This document shows positions 13,471 to 26,460 of a stretch of DNA of 64,000 nucleotides, piece by piece. Positions within the stretch are counted from its first letter, which is position 1. Each line of letters opens with the position of its first letter. This DNA is from Raillietiella orientalis (lineage: Eukaryota), in contig JAYWIR010000056.1 of assembly GCA_036172245.1 (NCBI GenBank), positions 310,001-374,000 on the forward strand. The letters run 5' to 3'. The translations under genes were made by a program, and so were the position numbers. Below the pieces are notes generated by a model that worked only from the letters and a program-made list of their open reading frames with translations, searched no databases and was not told where the DNA came from.

Positions 13471-13659
13471 TGCTGATGAGTTTCAGCCATGCGCACCAAA
13501 ATCCTGGAACCACCACCATCTCCTAGGAATTGTTAGAATCCGTTGCGAAACCGAAATCGCACTCCATGGCTCGGGAAGTGCAAACCGATCAGTTCAAACC
13601 GAGGGTGAGCCCCATGTGCCACCATCTTTTTTTTTTTTTTTTCGAAAGGCTGAAAGCAC

Positions 13660-14030
13660 CCAGAATAGGGGATACAAGAATCAGCGAGGAGAGGTCGCAG
13701 CAGTCGGAATGCGATTCACTGGACAGCCATCTCCATGGGGGAAGGCTTCCCGATGGCGCCGGTTAAGGACATTACGACCGGCACTTGTCCGCATCCAAAG
13801 TCGGATGCAGAGCACCCCTTCCGGCGATCTGTGATCCCTTCCATTCCCTCCCCTCCCGGTAAAACATTGCCTTCCCTTCGTATTTTTGTTTTTGCTTTTT
13901 TTTTGTGTGTGTATTCTTCCCCTCCTCCTTCGCCAGCGAAGAGGACCTCAGCGGCCTGCGGGTCGGTGAGCACAGGTGCCGCAAGACAGGCGCAACCGCC
14001 TGGTCTGCCTGAATGAGCATAAAGACTTTA
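13660..14030 (+). mobile_element. 3' end of L1/Tx1-like LINE, copy c
   Basis: DNA similarity to 3050-3260: ATGGCGCCGG, GCATCCAAAGTCGG, GATCCCTT..CCCTCCCC, T-rich tract, GGCCTGCGGGTCGG. Confidence 0.45.
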
Positions 14031-14449
14031 TTATGAAACTTTACTCTGTTAAGATTTTAATGATAAATGCCCCGTCAAATCCGGGTGAAAAAAGCAGAAT
14101 CAGCGCATTGGATCTGAATTCACGGAACGGTTGCGCGCGCCGGAGCACTGGTGGTTTGCTGATCGACTGATTAACTGAGCCTCCTCCTTCTGTTCTGATG
14201 CTTTGATGTAGTCTTCCTCGGATTCTCAGTGGAATTGCTGGTAGGCAAATACCTCGGGATTGGTCACCATCATGCGTACGAACAGATAAACACGCAAATA
14301 AGGACATACCGGTTGTCTTTTTTTTTGTGTTTTGTTTTGTTTTTTTTACTTTCGCACTGCACAGTTTTCCCAGCATCGACCACCTTTAACCTTATTTAAA
14401 TTGCCTATTTATTTATGCTTACTACATCCTCGTCAACGGAACCAGTACG

Positions 14450-14800
14450 TACCAGCCAGATTCAGCTCCACTGCACTTTTATGGTCGTTCCCATTAGGCA
14501 TCGACTCGGAGATCCTGGATTACGATCCGAAAACAAGGATTTTGGAAGTCTTCGACAAACGTTCCAAAAAGCGACTGCTGATGAATATTGGAAGCGGCAG
14601 AAAATGGGCAAAGTTCTCAATCCAAAAGCATTTTCCAGGGAACTTCGTGATTTCTCCATGCAGCATGCGAATGCATGGCGACACATAAATATTCCACAGC
14701 CGAAATGGAGAAAGGACTCCTCACAATGGTGCTAAGAATCTTCAGGATCTGAAGTCGCGTGCAGAATCTGGTGACCTGAAACGATCGAGGCCAATCGAGC
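14450..14800 (+). mobile_element. LINE ORF1 (gag-like, zinc knuckle) fragment
   Basis: FPLGIDSE followed by degenerate Cys/His spacing (PCSMRMHGDT; QWC*ES..CR), like the CCHC knuckles of I/Jockey ORF1. Confidence 0.3.
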
Positions 14801-16742
14801 GAATTTATAAAACATCACGAACAATTCCAAAATTTGCTATTTTTCACCCTCTCTCCCCTCCCCCAAGTGCAGAAAAGGTCGACAGAAACGATTTTGCTCA
14901 GTTCCACGGTCACCCTTCGTTCTTCTGATTGCCCTTATCCTAGTGCTGAGATCTCGGAAACTTTCGGATAATTTGCTACAATTTCAAGTAGAAAAAAGAA
15001 ATCAGCTTCGTTATCAGCCGGAAGATTCCCGAATCCTGCAGCTTGAGAAAATCCAAAACGTACGGATGGAGCCACCGAAAATCCGAATGAGCTCTGCGTG
15101 CTAAAATGTGTCCCAATCGCAGTCTCATGATGCAGATACGATGTGATCAGCGCTCGAGCAGGGAGATAACCGTTATTATTAGAACACGAGTTCCTGTGAT
15201 TTTTTTTTATCCCTTCATGACTGATGGCGCCAGCAACATCCTTTAAATCCAATCTACTTGACGAGAAAAACACAAAATGGAGTAGGCTATGGTTTTGATG
15301 AAAATGCATGAGTATGACGAATAGCACTGTCACTTGGCGAACCGGGACACGTTCCTCTGAGAACACTAACAAGACCAGTTTTCCAGAAGCGTTCCCGCAG
15401 GATAGCTACCTTGAAGTAATTTGGGGAGAATCTAAAAGGATCTAACTCATACGCCTGAGAGAAATACATGGGTGACTTTGCCGGCACCCTTGGTGATCAG
15501 TGGAAAATGTTGAGGTAGAAATGACGCCAACTTCGTTCCGATTCGAAGAGCACTAACGAATAGTATGAAATACACCAATTTGTTTTAACGAACAGGCATG
15601 CGTGCTTTTAGGGCTTTAGCGTTCCGTAGGAACACAATCGTGTGAGGATGAATGGGGGACCGATGAATGTGCACCAAAGAGAAGACGCACAAATGCTGTG
15701 GGAGAAAAATACCTCTTGCAAAAAAATCAGGCAACAGACACCACCGAGAGGGCACATCACTGTGATGGGAGGAAGAAGATCACCCGAAACACGAATGTCC
15801 CTACTGAAAGGGAGCACCTGAAAGCGAGGACCGGTCTCCCCCCTGTCGAGAGGGCAACTCACTGAGCGGAAGCCGATGCAGTGGTCCTTTGAGAATCCTC
15901 CAAAACACTTCGTTCCATCCTTTCTGACACGTAATTTTCAGTGACCTGGAATGAAACTGGAAGCAAATAAATTGGAGCCGAATGGACAGAGGATCACTCT
16001 AAAGGCTTCGTGGGGATCCGAACCGGAGGAAAAATTTTGGAAAGGATGACATGGATAGCGGATTCCATAGGAGCTTCCAAAGAATTCGTTGGCTGCAACG
16101 CAGGCTCGATGTTTTTGTAAGAAGTGCTGCATCCCAGTCCTTTTACCAAGTACTTACAAGTGCCTAAGCTAAGGGGATTGAAAATCCTGCCACGTCAGCC
16201 GGGACGTGACCCGAACGAGTTTGTGATCTCCACGCTGCATAAACCAAATGGTATTGCGAGGACTGTCAAACAGAAAATTCTTCAGCATAATAAACCTGTT
16301 AGAGGTGTCCTGACACGGAATTCGCTCGCCGCATTCCGTTAAACGAGGAAGAGGAAACGTTTCGTTTCATCCGCCCTGACAGAGTTAGGCGACCATGAAT
16401 TATTATTGTATTGCCTTCACGGAAATAATGGGCTACGATAGACCTGCAAAAATGATCGGTTCCTTATCCAGAAGAGGTACCTGCGCTCCAGAAGACATCA
16501 GAGGAGGATGAAAGATGCCCCTTAGGCACGAATTTCTTGAGGCCTTCGCCAGCTGTTGCAGTGGCCAAAAAAGAAACTGCTTCAGACTGAGTGTATGTAA
16601 GTTCTCTGAGGATACTCTGACCTGCTCCAAGCGTCCCTGCTCAGATGAACTGAAAGGATTCGGAGTTTGCTCCACGTCGCAACGGTTATATGCACCGAAG
16701 TGATCCCCGAACCCCCCTCCCCTCTCCCGAAATGCCCCCGTC

Positions 16743-17590
16743 GGAGGCTTTGTGGTTAAGGCTTCCGCGTGTGGCACCGTGCGTCGCGGGTTCGAATACT
16801 CCGGCAGAAACTCTGACGCCACTGCGTCGTTGGGTTCCGAGTTTCTCCTGCGATGGCGCTGGTTGGCCGAGACATTCGGGTGTGGCACCGGTGGTGGATT
16901 AAGCCGGGAGGTCCCTGATGAAGGCCGGAACAATGGAAGTCGACCTTCGGATCCTCCCAGGAATAAAGGAGTGGGGAGTTCCCCTCCGGTCGTGCAACGG
17001 AGAGCGGACCCCCCTCACCGGGGGACCCCTCCGGTTTCAAGATGGAGCAGGAGCCCTCACGGGCACCACTCCTAGTTGTTTGATGGAGCGGACCCCCCTC
17101 AGTGGGCTGTTACCCTCCGAGTCGTCGCTTCTTCACAGAGTGCAAGGAAGCAAGCGAGAGTGATTCCCTGCGGGAAGCTGCAGCCCCCTTCTGAGTTTCA
17201 GAAGCGTCCCTTCGGGGTTCTCTTCAGAGGAGTGAACAGGAGCGGTTCCCTTGCGGGTTCCCTCCGGAGAAGAAATTCCTACTAGCAGATCCCTTTCCAG
17301 GTTCCCTTCGGAGAAGATGAAATGGAGAGGACCATCCCCTTTCCGGGGGGTCCCTTCTGGGTTCCCCTTCGGAGACAACCAGGGTGCGAAGTGCGATCCC
17401 TCCCTCCCCAAACGTGAGAGGAACGGACTCCAAACCTTCCTGGATTCATAGGGCGGATCCCCCTTCCGGGGTGCCCCTATCTTGAAGAAGAATAGCACAC
17501 ACCCTTCGCGGGTGGCATGGAACAGTGTTAAAGAGCCACGTAAGCGCGTGACCGGCTCTTGAGGTGCTTACCGTACCAAAAAAAGAAAAC
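16743..17590 (+). mobile_element. Long tRNA-derived SINE-like element, copy 1 (most complete)
   Basis: tRNA-like head (GTGGTTA...GGTTCGAAT at 16789), second B-box-like GGTTCCGAGT at 16833, GC-rich body, A-rich tail at ~17578. Collinear homologues at 19851-20495, 23182-23555 and 45976-46790. Confidence 0.7.
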
Positions 17591-19850
17591 CTGAAAAACC
17601 TGAAGAAAAATGCTGGAAGGGAAAAAACAGCGAAGACAGAAAAGAACCCAAAAGGATTTCCATCATCTGATGGTCGGAGGCCTGCGCTCGCGGGAAGAGC
17701 CAAATGCTTTCCCAGAAGAGTCGGCAGGTCAGTGGTTTAACGGTGAGGCCTGCGAGAAGGGTTAGCTGGCATGGAAATCTGTCTCCCTTTTTAAAGCGAG
17801 TTTGTTTAGTGGTTCGATTCGCAAGTGGATGCTGAAAAGTGCGGTTCTGAATCAGAAGTGGCTGCTCAGAAGACCTTGAGATTTTCGGAAACTTGAGGTA
17901 AATCTGGAACTTCTCAGCAGCTCGGGGCTGGCAGTTGCTAATGGAAATTCTGATGACCTGGCGGATTCTGAAGTGATCATTTACTCAAGAGGAACCTATG
18001 AACCTCCGCAAGTCTTCACGTTTAACTAGAAGTTAGACTTTAAGAATTTGGAGTTTCAACCAGAAATGGCACCTAAAAAGGAGGAAAGGATAAATAGGAA
18101 AGATACAAATCTTTTAGGAAATCCTCAAGATGGTCCAGAAAACACTATTCTTCCGATAAGTCTCGTAATCAAAATGTGTTTTGCCTCGTGTCTCTCTTCC
18201 CTTCCATAGGATAAGGGAAATTCTCCAAAATTGATGAGCATCGTTTTATGGAGGTGCAGAGAACCGTAGGAAGAACGAAAGAGTGATGCAGCGGCACTTG
18301 GGAGGCTGTGATTCTCATCGCTTGTGAAACCACGTTTCCCTGTCCTAAGTCAATAAAGTGTCATTAGCTTTAAGAAAAACAGAATAAGGTGGTGCAAAGC
18401 ACACTGTCGTACACACCGTGTGTGACGATGCGATTTGCTTCTCAGTGACTTTTAAAGGAAAAATTCGTTCAACATCGTTTCTCTGTGAATGACATCCCGC
18501 TTAAGATCCACCCAGCTCTGCAGACCACAATGTCTGGAAGATCTTTGGGATCAACAGAGGCAGGGGGGTAAGGCCTGAAGACGTCAGTTATTTTAAAGAC
18601 TCCTCTGAGAAAGCATGATCGTGATTTATCGATCTGCACCATAAGAGAGACTGATGGTGCCAAACGGTGGTCTACGACTAAGTCTTGGACTGCGAGGCAT
18701 TCGGTTAGCAGAAATCTCCTGTGCGTAACATGGAGTAAGCCGTTAAAGCTCACCCTCAAAACGCACCCTCAAGAATTCCGTGAGATGATACAAAAGTTGC
18801 ACATTAGATGTAAAACCGAATTCCTGGTCCAAGGCCGACTGATGACGAAAAAAGCACATCAGCGCTACTAAGTTCAAAAGAATGAAATCCAAATCATCGT
18901 TCAGAGGAAACTCATAAATATCAAAGAGTGTTGTTCTTGGCCAACTGCTGTAGGTAGAGCGTCTTTTCCTCGTGGAAATTTCGATTCCAAAATGCGACCG
19001 TACTTTTGGAACGCAGGGGATTCTAGACCGAGGAAGGTCGTCGTCTGTTGATGAAAGCGGAGAGACAGAATGGCACCTCGGCGCTATCGACAACGGCCTG
19101 CAAATTTCAAAAGGGAAGAGAAATTCCATCTTCCCATCACGCATGTTCGGTAACCACCTCGTACTTATCTTAAGAGGAGCTATCAAAGGAACAGAATCCC
19201 ATGAATATCGAGATGACATGCAGATCTACCGCCATGGCATGCTTCCAGGAATGGCCTTTTCCTTAGTCCCGAGCTATGAAAATCCCGTGCGGTCACCGTC
19301 TAGCAGCTGTACTATACCACGTCTTGAATCATGTTGAAATTCTGGACAAGTGTCAGAGTTGAAAGTGTTGCGTCCACTACAACACGATTTTTTTTTTTTA
19401 TTTTGCTTCACTGGGATAAATTTCAGGTTTCCAGGATCGTGATTAGACGTCATTTCGGCGCGCCGCTAGCAGGCAATCACTTCCCGGTAATTTGAATGCT
19501 GAGATGCAGTCTACTTCATTTCTTTTTGGCCCCGTTCACTGCTTCCTTCCCATCATCATGGAGCTTTCCTGGATTCACAAGCATGAGTGGCGTCGAAAAA
19601 TCAATGAGTCACACGGTCTGTGGGTTTCTGGATAGAATCAAGAGCATCTTGCCAATTCCCTCTGATTGGTCATTTGTATCTGGTCGGATCTTTTCATGAC
19701 CGTCAACAATTGAACCCATGATACAAATCTGGTACAGTGGTTTCGTTCCTCTGTTGGTGCAGAAACACTCCAGTCTGTGACCTCTGAAAGGACACATTTG
19801 TTTGGAGGAGGAAAAACGCTGAAGACGGAGAATAGAGCTGGAAGATTCGA

Positions 19851-20495
19851 CACGGTTCCACGCCACCCGAGGGCGGATAATTCTTCAAGATAGGGGGTAC
19901 CTCAGGAGGGGTCCGCCCTATGAATCCGAGAAGGACTCCGTTCCTCGCACACCTGGGGAGGGATCCCCGGAAATGGAGATCACCTCCACCCTGGTTGTCT
20001 CCGAAGGGGAATCCTGAAGGGAATCCTCCTGCCTTATTCTCTCCGAAGAGACCCCTGGAGGGGTCCGCTCCAGTTTCTCTTCTCTGAAGGGAACCCAGAA
20101 GGGACGCTTCTGAAATTCAGAAGGATGCAGCTTCCCCGAAGGGATCGGCTCGCTTCCCTTCACTCTCTGGAGAGGTGGTGGCGACACACCTATTCCATCA
20201 GTACGGCGCGGAGGGTCCCTCCGGAATGGGGGTCCGCTCCTTTACAACCGGAAGGGAGCTCCCACTCCGTGATTCCTGGGAGGACCCGGAGGTCGACTCC
20301 CATTTGTCCCGGTCCTCATCGGGGGCTTCAGGTTTCAACCGCTACCAGTGCCACACCCGGATGAATGTAGGTCAACCAGCGTCATCTTGTGGGGTGAACT
20401 CGGAACCCACGACACACTGCGTCAATTCCTTAGCTGTATTCAAACCCATGACGCATAGTGCCACGCGCGGAGACCACCGTAACCACACGGTCTCC
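19851..20495 (-). mobile_element. SINE-like element, copy 2 (3' tail missing)
   Basis: Reverse complement aligns with copy 1, e.g. GGAGACCGTGTGGTTA...GGGTTTGAATAC, GTCGTGGGTTCCGAG, GAATTTCAGAAGCGTCCCTTC, GGATTCATAGGGCGGA. Confidence 0.75.
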
Positions 20496-21339
20496 AAAGC
20501 GGGCATCAAAAATTGAGCTATGGTCCAACCATCCCTGCATCATTGCTGAGTTTCCTACCATGGAGCAAGAAAATTTTCGGCTCTCAAAAGACAACCTGAA
20601 AGAGGCACAGTAATTGTGGTGTGCCCGAGGCATTTTGATTTCCTGAAAGCCTTTACCAGCTGGGTTGGAACGTTTATCACGTTTTGAAGGCACCACTTGG
20701 ACCTCATACGCTGACGGTTAAAATAGAGAGGCAGCTGGTGACGCGGTTGGTGCATTCAGACGCCGTGTTTCCACGAATACACATACACACAAAAAAAAAA
20801 ATCGACTCTTTCTGTGGAAAATCGAAGTTTCCAGCTCCGATAGCACAGAATGCACATGTGGCATATGCATCCACAGATGCAGAAACTTGTAGAGGGAGAA
20901 ACTGGAAAAAAGCAGTCATGCGAGGAAGGGGGTTTTGCGCTTTCCTTGAAATCATTCTTTTGAGACGCTTCCCTGATTCCTTTTGTTTGCAACGAAAGCG
21001 GCAATGTCTAGAACATCCAGATGTTAAGGGAGATTGTAAATTTACCATAAGCAACGTTCTTCAAGCAAATAACTTTGAGCTGGGTTCCTTGTTTGAAACC
21101 CAAGGGATAGTTAGGGGCACGAGGAAATCATGGCTTCAGAAATTCTCCCCTGTATGACTAAGAGCAGTCACTGTCTCCTCGTTGAGCACTCACCAGCTTG
21201 CTGTGCCTCTTTGTCTTCTACTTCCCAGGAGACATTGGGTACGCAGTCCTCGGTGGTCTCTGACGCTTTTAGTGCTTTCAATGATTGGACCGACTGAAGG
21301 CTGTCCAAGATCAAGTCTCCACGACAGGACCTCTTTTTT

Positions 21340-21460
21340 GTTCAGAGGACAGCAAATCTTGTAAAATACAGCGTTGACTTCCGCAAGTCGTTCATGGCAC
21401 ACCACGTAGGATATCCCCGTGCCCCGTGCACATCGTTCTACGTAGACGCTCAAAGCAAAG
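21340..21460 (-). mobile_element. mariner N-terminal HTH fragment
   Basis: VERCARGTGISYVVCHERLAEV..FYKICC resembles the mariner motif VRELA..GIS...H.IL...L...KVC. Confidence 0.35.
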
Positions 21461-22029
21461 AAACCCTCTTAAGCACCTTTTCTTTGATTTTGGAGAACCT
21501 TGAGGTTTCTTCATCATGAACTCATTTTGGGGGCTTGGCGCTCACTGAAAAGCTCTGCTGACTGTCCTTTTGCACCGTCTCGCAGGCGCAGAAGAGACTC
21601 GTAGATTACTGGTCATGTTTCTTCCTCCCAACTGCTCACTTTCCGATTCGATCCCGATTTTTTTTTCCCCATCTCCTCCTTGTCTCTCTTCATCTGTTCT
21701 AGTTTGTCTTCCTTAATTAATAAGTGACACGAGACTGACGGATACGATGATATGTATTTTGTTGTATCACGAAGAGAGCTCCTTGCACGAGGACTCCTTG
21801 ACAGAGCGATCATCTGGTATGTATCTCTTCATCTGCTCATATTCGCCAGGACTTCAGGTCATCGCATCTCTTTGTCGGGTTATTCTTTGTTTTCCCTCAT
21901 GCAACTTTCGCATTACTCTTCTTAATGTTCTCTTCCGTTACTGTGGCATTCATCTGGATGTCTCGATGGTTCCGTCCTGGTAGAGGACAATTAGGAATTC
22001 ATGGTTGATCGGGAGAAGGTTTCTTTTTT

Positions 22030-22218
22030 GTGGGTAAGTCCTTCGTCAACGTGCATGAAGGCGAAACTAAGAGAGAATTAAAAGAGGAAAAAGAGGAACC
22101 TCCAGAAATCCTAGAAAAAAGAAAGGATGCGAGGAAGAAATGCCGTAGCTTGGATGCATTCCGAAACTTTTTAGATTTGGAAGAAAAACGTGCTAACGAG
22201 AAAGAGCTCCATCAATAG
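22030..22218 (+). mobile_element. Penelope-like element GIY-YIG endonuclease C-terminal fragment
   Basis: NVHEGETKRELKEEKEE resembles YIGET.R.L..R..EH. EILEKRKDARKKCRSLDAF..N resembles IL..E....R..LEA..I...N. Confidence 0.5.
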
Positions 22219-22879
22219 GAAAATAATACATACTTGAGCATCAAGGATTCCCGAGACACACACCGGAAACACAAGATGGACTAAGGGCAGGGAGAAAGCT
22301 ACCCTCAAAACCCATAGCCTCATCAGGAAGGGAATGAAGAGGCCAGGGTGGTTATGGAGAAGGCAGGGAATCCCATCCTTCGTTGAATGTCCTCCGTTAC
22401 ACACTCTAACACCAACAAATAAAGATAAGAAGAAAATTCATCTCATCGCTCCCCCGGCAGCGCAGATGCGCGATGAAAAGTGCAAAGATGAGCTACTCTT
22501 GATGCTATCCACCATATCATCCATTATTAGGGAGCAAATCGTGAGAGTCACGCCGAGAAAGCTAGGAAACCCTTGGGAGCACAACTCTGGGTTCTCGGAG
22601 TCCATCTCTGCAGCAGCTGCTGCATCTCCTTGAAATGGAGGCAAGAGCAGGCGCCGCGGCACGCAAAAAAATGGTCGCGGGAAAATCCCGTGAAGCTCGA
22701 AGTTTCACTGCACGGGAACCGGATCCGCAATTTGATGAGGCGGCGCCCCTTCGAACCTCCGAAGGGTCTTCCTTTCTACTTCCAGATAGGTGGTGGCCGA
22801 TGGGCTGGTGAACCGGACTCCACTGCCTGCGAGCGGTCATCGACGGTACACGAGTGGGTTGCCAGCAAGCCGAAAGCCT

Positions 22880-23100
22880 TCTTCCTGAAGGAAAAAGGCT
22901 GCGCAGGGCTTCATGGCAACCCTTCTCGAAGATCAAGGTAGCTCGATGTGCACGCACAAGGCGAGCACTGCCGTATCCCGGCCAAGCAGGTTTTCCAGCT
23001 AGCTGGAAGGTGACCTTGGACAGCCGTGCCCCGGAGGACCTCCATCCTCGATCGCCTGCACCGGGAGCTGCTGAGTGGAAGATCTCCTGGATCAAGACTC
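22880..23100 (-). mobile_element. LINE RNase H C-terminal fragment (I-group-like)
   Basis: KVTFQLAGKPAWPGYGSARLVRAHRA resembles V.FQW.P.H.G..GNE.AD.LA..A. Confidence 0.3.
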
Positions 23101-23181
23101 ATGGCTCTGCAAATTCAACACTCCCTTGTTCTTCATCATACCTTCGGTAGGTAATGCGGGAAAACGAGATCGGCCCACGTT

Positions 23182-23555
23182 GGCGGCCGTGTGGCTTCGG
23201 CCTCCACGCGCGCGGTGCGAAGCATTGCGGGTTTGAATCCCCACGTGGAGGATCGATGCCGAGAACGGAAGGAGCATCGTGAGTTTCGAGTCCCCCACTC
23301 AGGATTTTGATGGTAGACCCACTCGAGTGCGGCGCTGGTGGAAGCAGGATTCCCCCGTGGCCCTCTGGGGTCCTTCCAGGGATTAAGGAGACGGTTTTGT
23401 TGCGTGGTTCCCCTCCGGTTATGAAAATTGAGCCTCTGTTTCCCCTCGGGGGAAGACCCTCCATCACGTGCCATGGAGCTGGTCGATACCCCTCTCGGGG
23501 GTTGCCTCCCTGCAGTGTAAGGAGCGGGCTGCTCCCTTCGAGGAGCGTCCCTCAG
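23182..23555 (+). mobile_element. SINE-like element, copy 3 (5' half)
   Basis: GGCGGCCGTGTGG head, GGTTTGAATCC at 23230, GTTTCGAGTCC at 23283. Closest to copy 4 (shared CCCCACGTGGAGGATCGA). Confidence 0.7.
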
Positions 23556-24999
23556 GGATAGGAGGAATGAGATCACCTTGACTAGTTTTTCCTCACAGAG
23601 ACACTTTAGGCAGAAATTTCAGGGCGGTTAGACTGTTATTTAATTGACACAGGACACGGGATCGCGTCCTCGTCTTGGTTCCAAAGAGGAAACGCCTCAT
23701 GCAGCCGCTACCTATGAAGATTACGAAGGTTCACAGAACGCATTGCCTTGGAGGGAGCAGGCATCAGGTTACAGGGTTCAGGTTCAATCGGGAGAGCTTG
23801 GGCACGAATGTTCCCCATGAGTTCCCGAGAAACGAACCCACGGAACGGTTGGCAGCGCTGCGAGCGATGTGCACGCCAAAATACGCTCGACCTTGAATTA
23901 CATTCCGGGCCATCGATTTGAACCCGCGAGGTTTCTCACAGGTTCCCGAATAGAAGCCGAAGCAGAGTAAGAAGAGGTGGAACGAGAAAATCGGATCAAG
24001 GGAGCCCCTATTGGGGGATTGTCAAGGAAGATGGCAGAGGGAACGGAGACGGAAGGTAGCTGGAAGCAAAAAAGCGGGGAAATCCAGGAGTAAGTCGAAG
24101 CAGGAGATGAACGGACATGACTCATCGAGGAGATACCGGCCGAATGTACCTCGAAGACCTGGCAAATTCAACGTTCCATTGCACAGGAAGGGTCCTTGTG
24201 CTCCCGAGACTAGGGTGATGATCTCCTCAGAGTTCTTCTCGCCATTTGAAACTCTCCCTGAACATCCACAGTTGTCGGACAGCTTAACGTCCGATGCGCG
24301 AACTCTCCATGGCGAGAGATTGGGGGAAGAATCAGCCGCCCGATATCAGGAATGTGGGTCTGAACCGCGACAGCACTCTAGAGAATCTACAACAGCGGAG
24401 GCAAACTCGATGAAGCATTCCATCATTATCGATCTGGTAGGGCAGCCTTCTAGGAACGCTGAATGATCGCATCAACCTAGTCGGTGGACCTGATGGTTAC
24501 ACCCTGTTGCATCTGTCACCCTCTTTTATGAATAAATTTGTTCTTTTCATCAGCCTCATATCTGATGCGCTACTGTTTGCCACTCTCTGGAACAGAATGG
24601 GACTGCTCCGAGCTTGTCTTTTGCCCATCACGGATTGACTCGGTATGTCTCCGGTATGGTCCCTTCAGCCTCCTCCATGTGACAAAGACCTCTCTTTGCA
24701 CCGCTTGCCTTTCCGTTTCCAGTCACATCCGGCTACTTGGTTTTTTAGCCTCCTCTCTGGACCCATCTTTGCCACTTTGCGTGCTCAAAACTACTTGTGA
24801 CACGCAGGCGCTCTTGAGAGCTAGCGATCCCTCCTCCTCTACCCTGTCCGCACCTCATCCCCTCCCGCTCTCCGGCCTCTTCCCCCATGGATCCCTCAGA
24901 ACTTCTCTTCCTGATCTTTTTTTCCCATCCCCACAGTGACCGCTGTCATCACACATCTCTTCAGCCTCTTCTGTGCTTGAACCGAACCTCGAACCACCA

Positions 25000-26460
25000 A
25001 CTGTTGCTCCGTTCATCTTCGGAAGACCTCAGCCCATGTTTTCCACCAACCATCCCGTTTTCTTCACAACAGCATGCAGCCCGGGAAACTGCTGTGATCC
25101 GTGCATCGCCTAGGCAGGACATCTCTGCAGGAAATCACGCAGACCACAAGAAGTGGTTTCTTCCAGACCCCTAGTCTAAGCTTTGTTCTCCCTCTGAGAG
25201 AGAAAAGCACAGCAGCCGACCAGCGAGGTGGGGTTTCTCCAGAGAGACCGCAAGATCTTCTGAATTCCTGAGCGAGTGACCTCCAGGCCGACCGGCGACT
25301 TTCTGGGCCGCGCCCCAAAGACGGCTCCGGTGGGCAGAGCTATCGGAGCTTTGACCTGTGTCAATGCCCTCTTCTTCTTGCACTGAACCATCCCTTAAAA
25401 TGTCTTCCAGCACTGCCGCACACGAGGGAGAGTCCCTGAACAGCTCCAGGTTCCTGACTCCTGGAGTCGTTCCAGCTCGAAAGTGTGGACCACGGGGCGA
25501 TTTCCCCGGAATGGATGCACTTGGTAACGGCTGCAGATCGCTCAGATGGCAATCCAAGAATCCCCTTCGACTAAGCACCGAGGACGGGCTTCTCACGAGC
25601 TGAAGGAGCTGCAACGCGCGGTTGTGAGCGCAGCAAAGTGATTGGACGAAGCCCGGCGGCGGAGAGGAACTCTCAACGCCACGAAGACACCGTGGTCTCA
25701 GCATCCCTGCTTCGGAGCGCGACAAGCTAGTCGCAACTGGACGCTCAAGTAAAGCCGCTCTTGCGGGACGGGCCAACGAGAAGGCGGCTCCCTCTACGGT
25801 CACTCCGAGCATCCTCCCCTTCCTCTGTTTGTTTATGTCCACCTCCTGTCCTGTGCCCCAAGCTGATCTCGTCCAAGGCTGATCTGCTGACAGGCACAGG
25901 GGAATTCCCTCCGGTAAGAGAATCCCTGCGAGTATCCGCCGCATCGTATGGTCGCGGCCACTTACTGCCTCAATGAGCGGAGAGCACCTCTTTGGGGGGT
26001 AAACTAGGGCACGTCTCTCAGCCCGTTCCTCCGTGACTCTTCTGGAGACCTCTCTGGTCTAATCCTCAGGTGGCAGAGCTGAGGAGGGCCTGTGGCCAAG
26101 AGCTTCGCCCTGGTCTCCTGTTCTCTGCTGCATGCACACCAGGCTCTATAGACGTCGCTTCCGTCGCCATACGTCTGATCCTCTGTGGATCTCTTCCCGC
26201 CTGCAACTCTGAGGATGCTGGATGACAAGCACAGGCATTCGGGGAAGTAGACTCTCGGCTTGTGCCTTGTTGTCGCTTCATAGTTCCACTGCTCCTTCCT
26301 TGGACGCTTTGCGCGACGTGATCCAGTTACAGACGGGGATGCACGTCACCGCCGCAAAAAGCTCTCCAGGAGGGACTTCGCTTTCCGTTGGGAATTCCGC
26401 ATCCACCCTTCAAGGAATACATCCCACCCTGGGGCTGATGACTCCTCACCCCCAAAAAGG
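25000..26460 (-). mobile_element. I/Jockey-like LINE RT relic
   Basis: Ordered motifs SSAPGWD (PG.DG), SDVYRAW..KLLATG (LD..KAFD..KL..G), GLRDVP*FTP (GVPQGS.LSP), MLGVTVE (LGV.LD), LRPRCLRG (RP.L.YG), AHNRALQ (QN.ALR). Confidence 0.6.

Noticed and set aside
16905..16960. Hammerhead ribozyme core (CTGATGA) in SINE copy 1
   Set aside because: No GAAA follows a stem II, and the CTGATGA is not conserved in copies 2-4.
19420..19850. Further RLE-retrotransposon thumb/linker fragment on the minus strand
   Set aside because: Only vague similarity (GIGK, AVNGA); not supportable by eye.
20940..21030. Sola-like transposase Cys motif (CSRHCRFRCKQK) on the minus strand
   Set aside because: Single short motif with no catalytic residues or TIRs.
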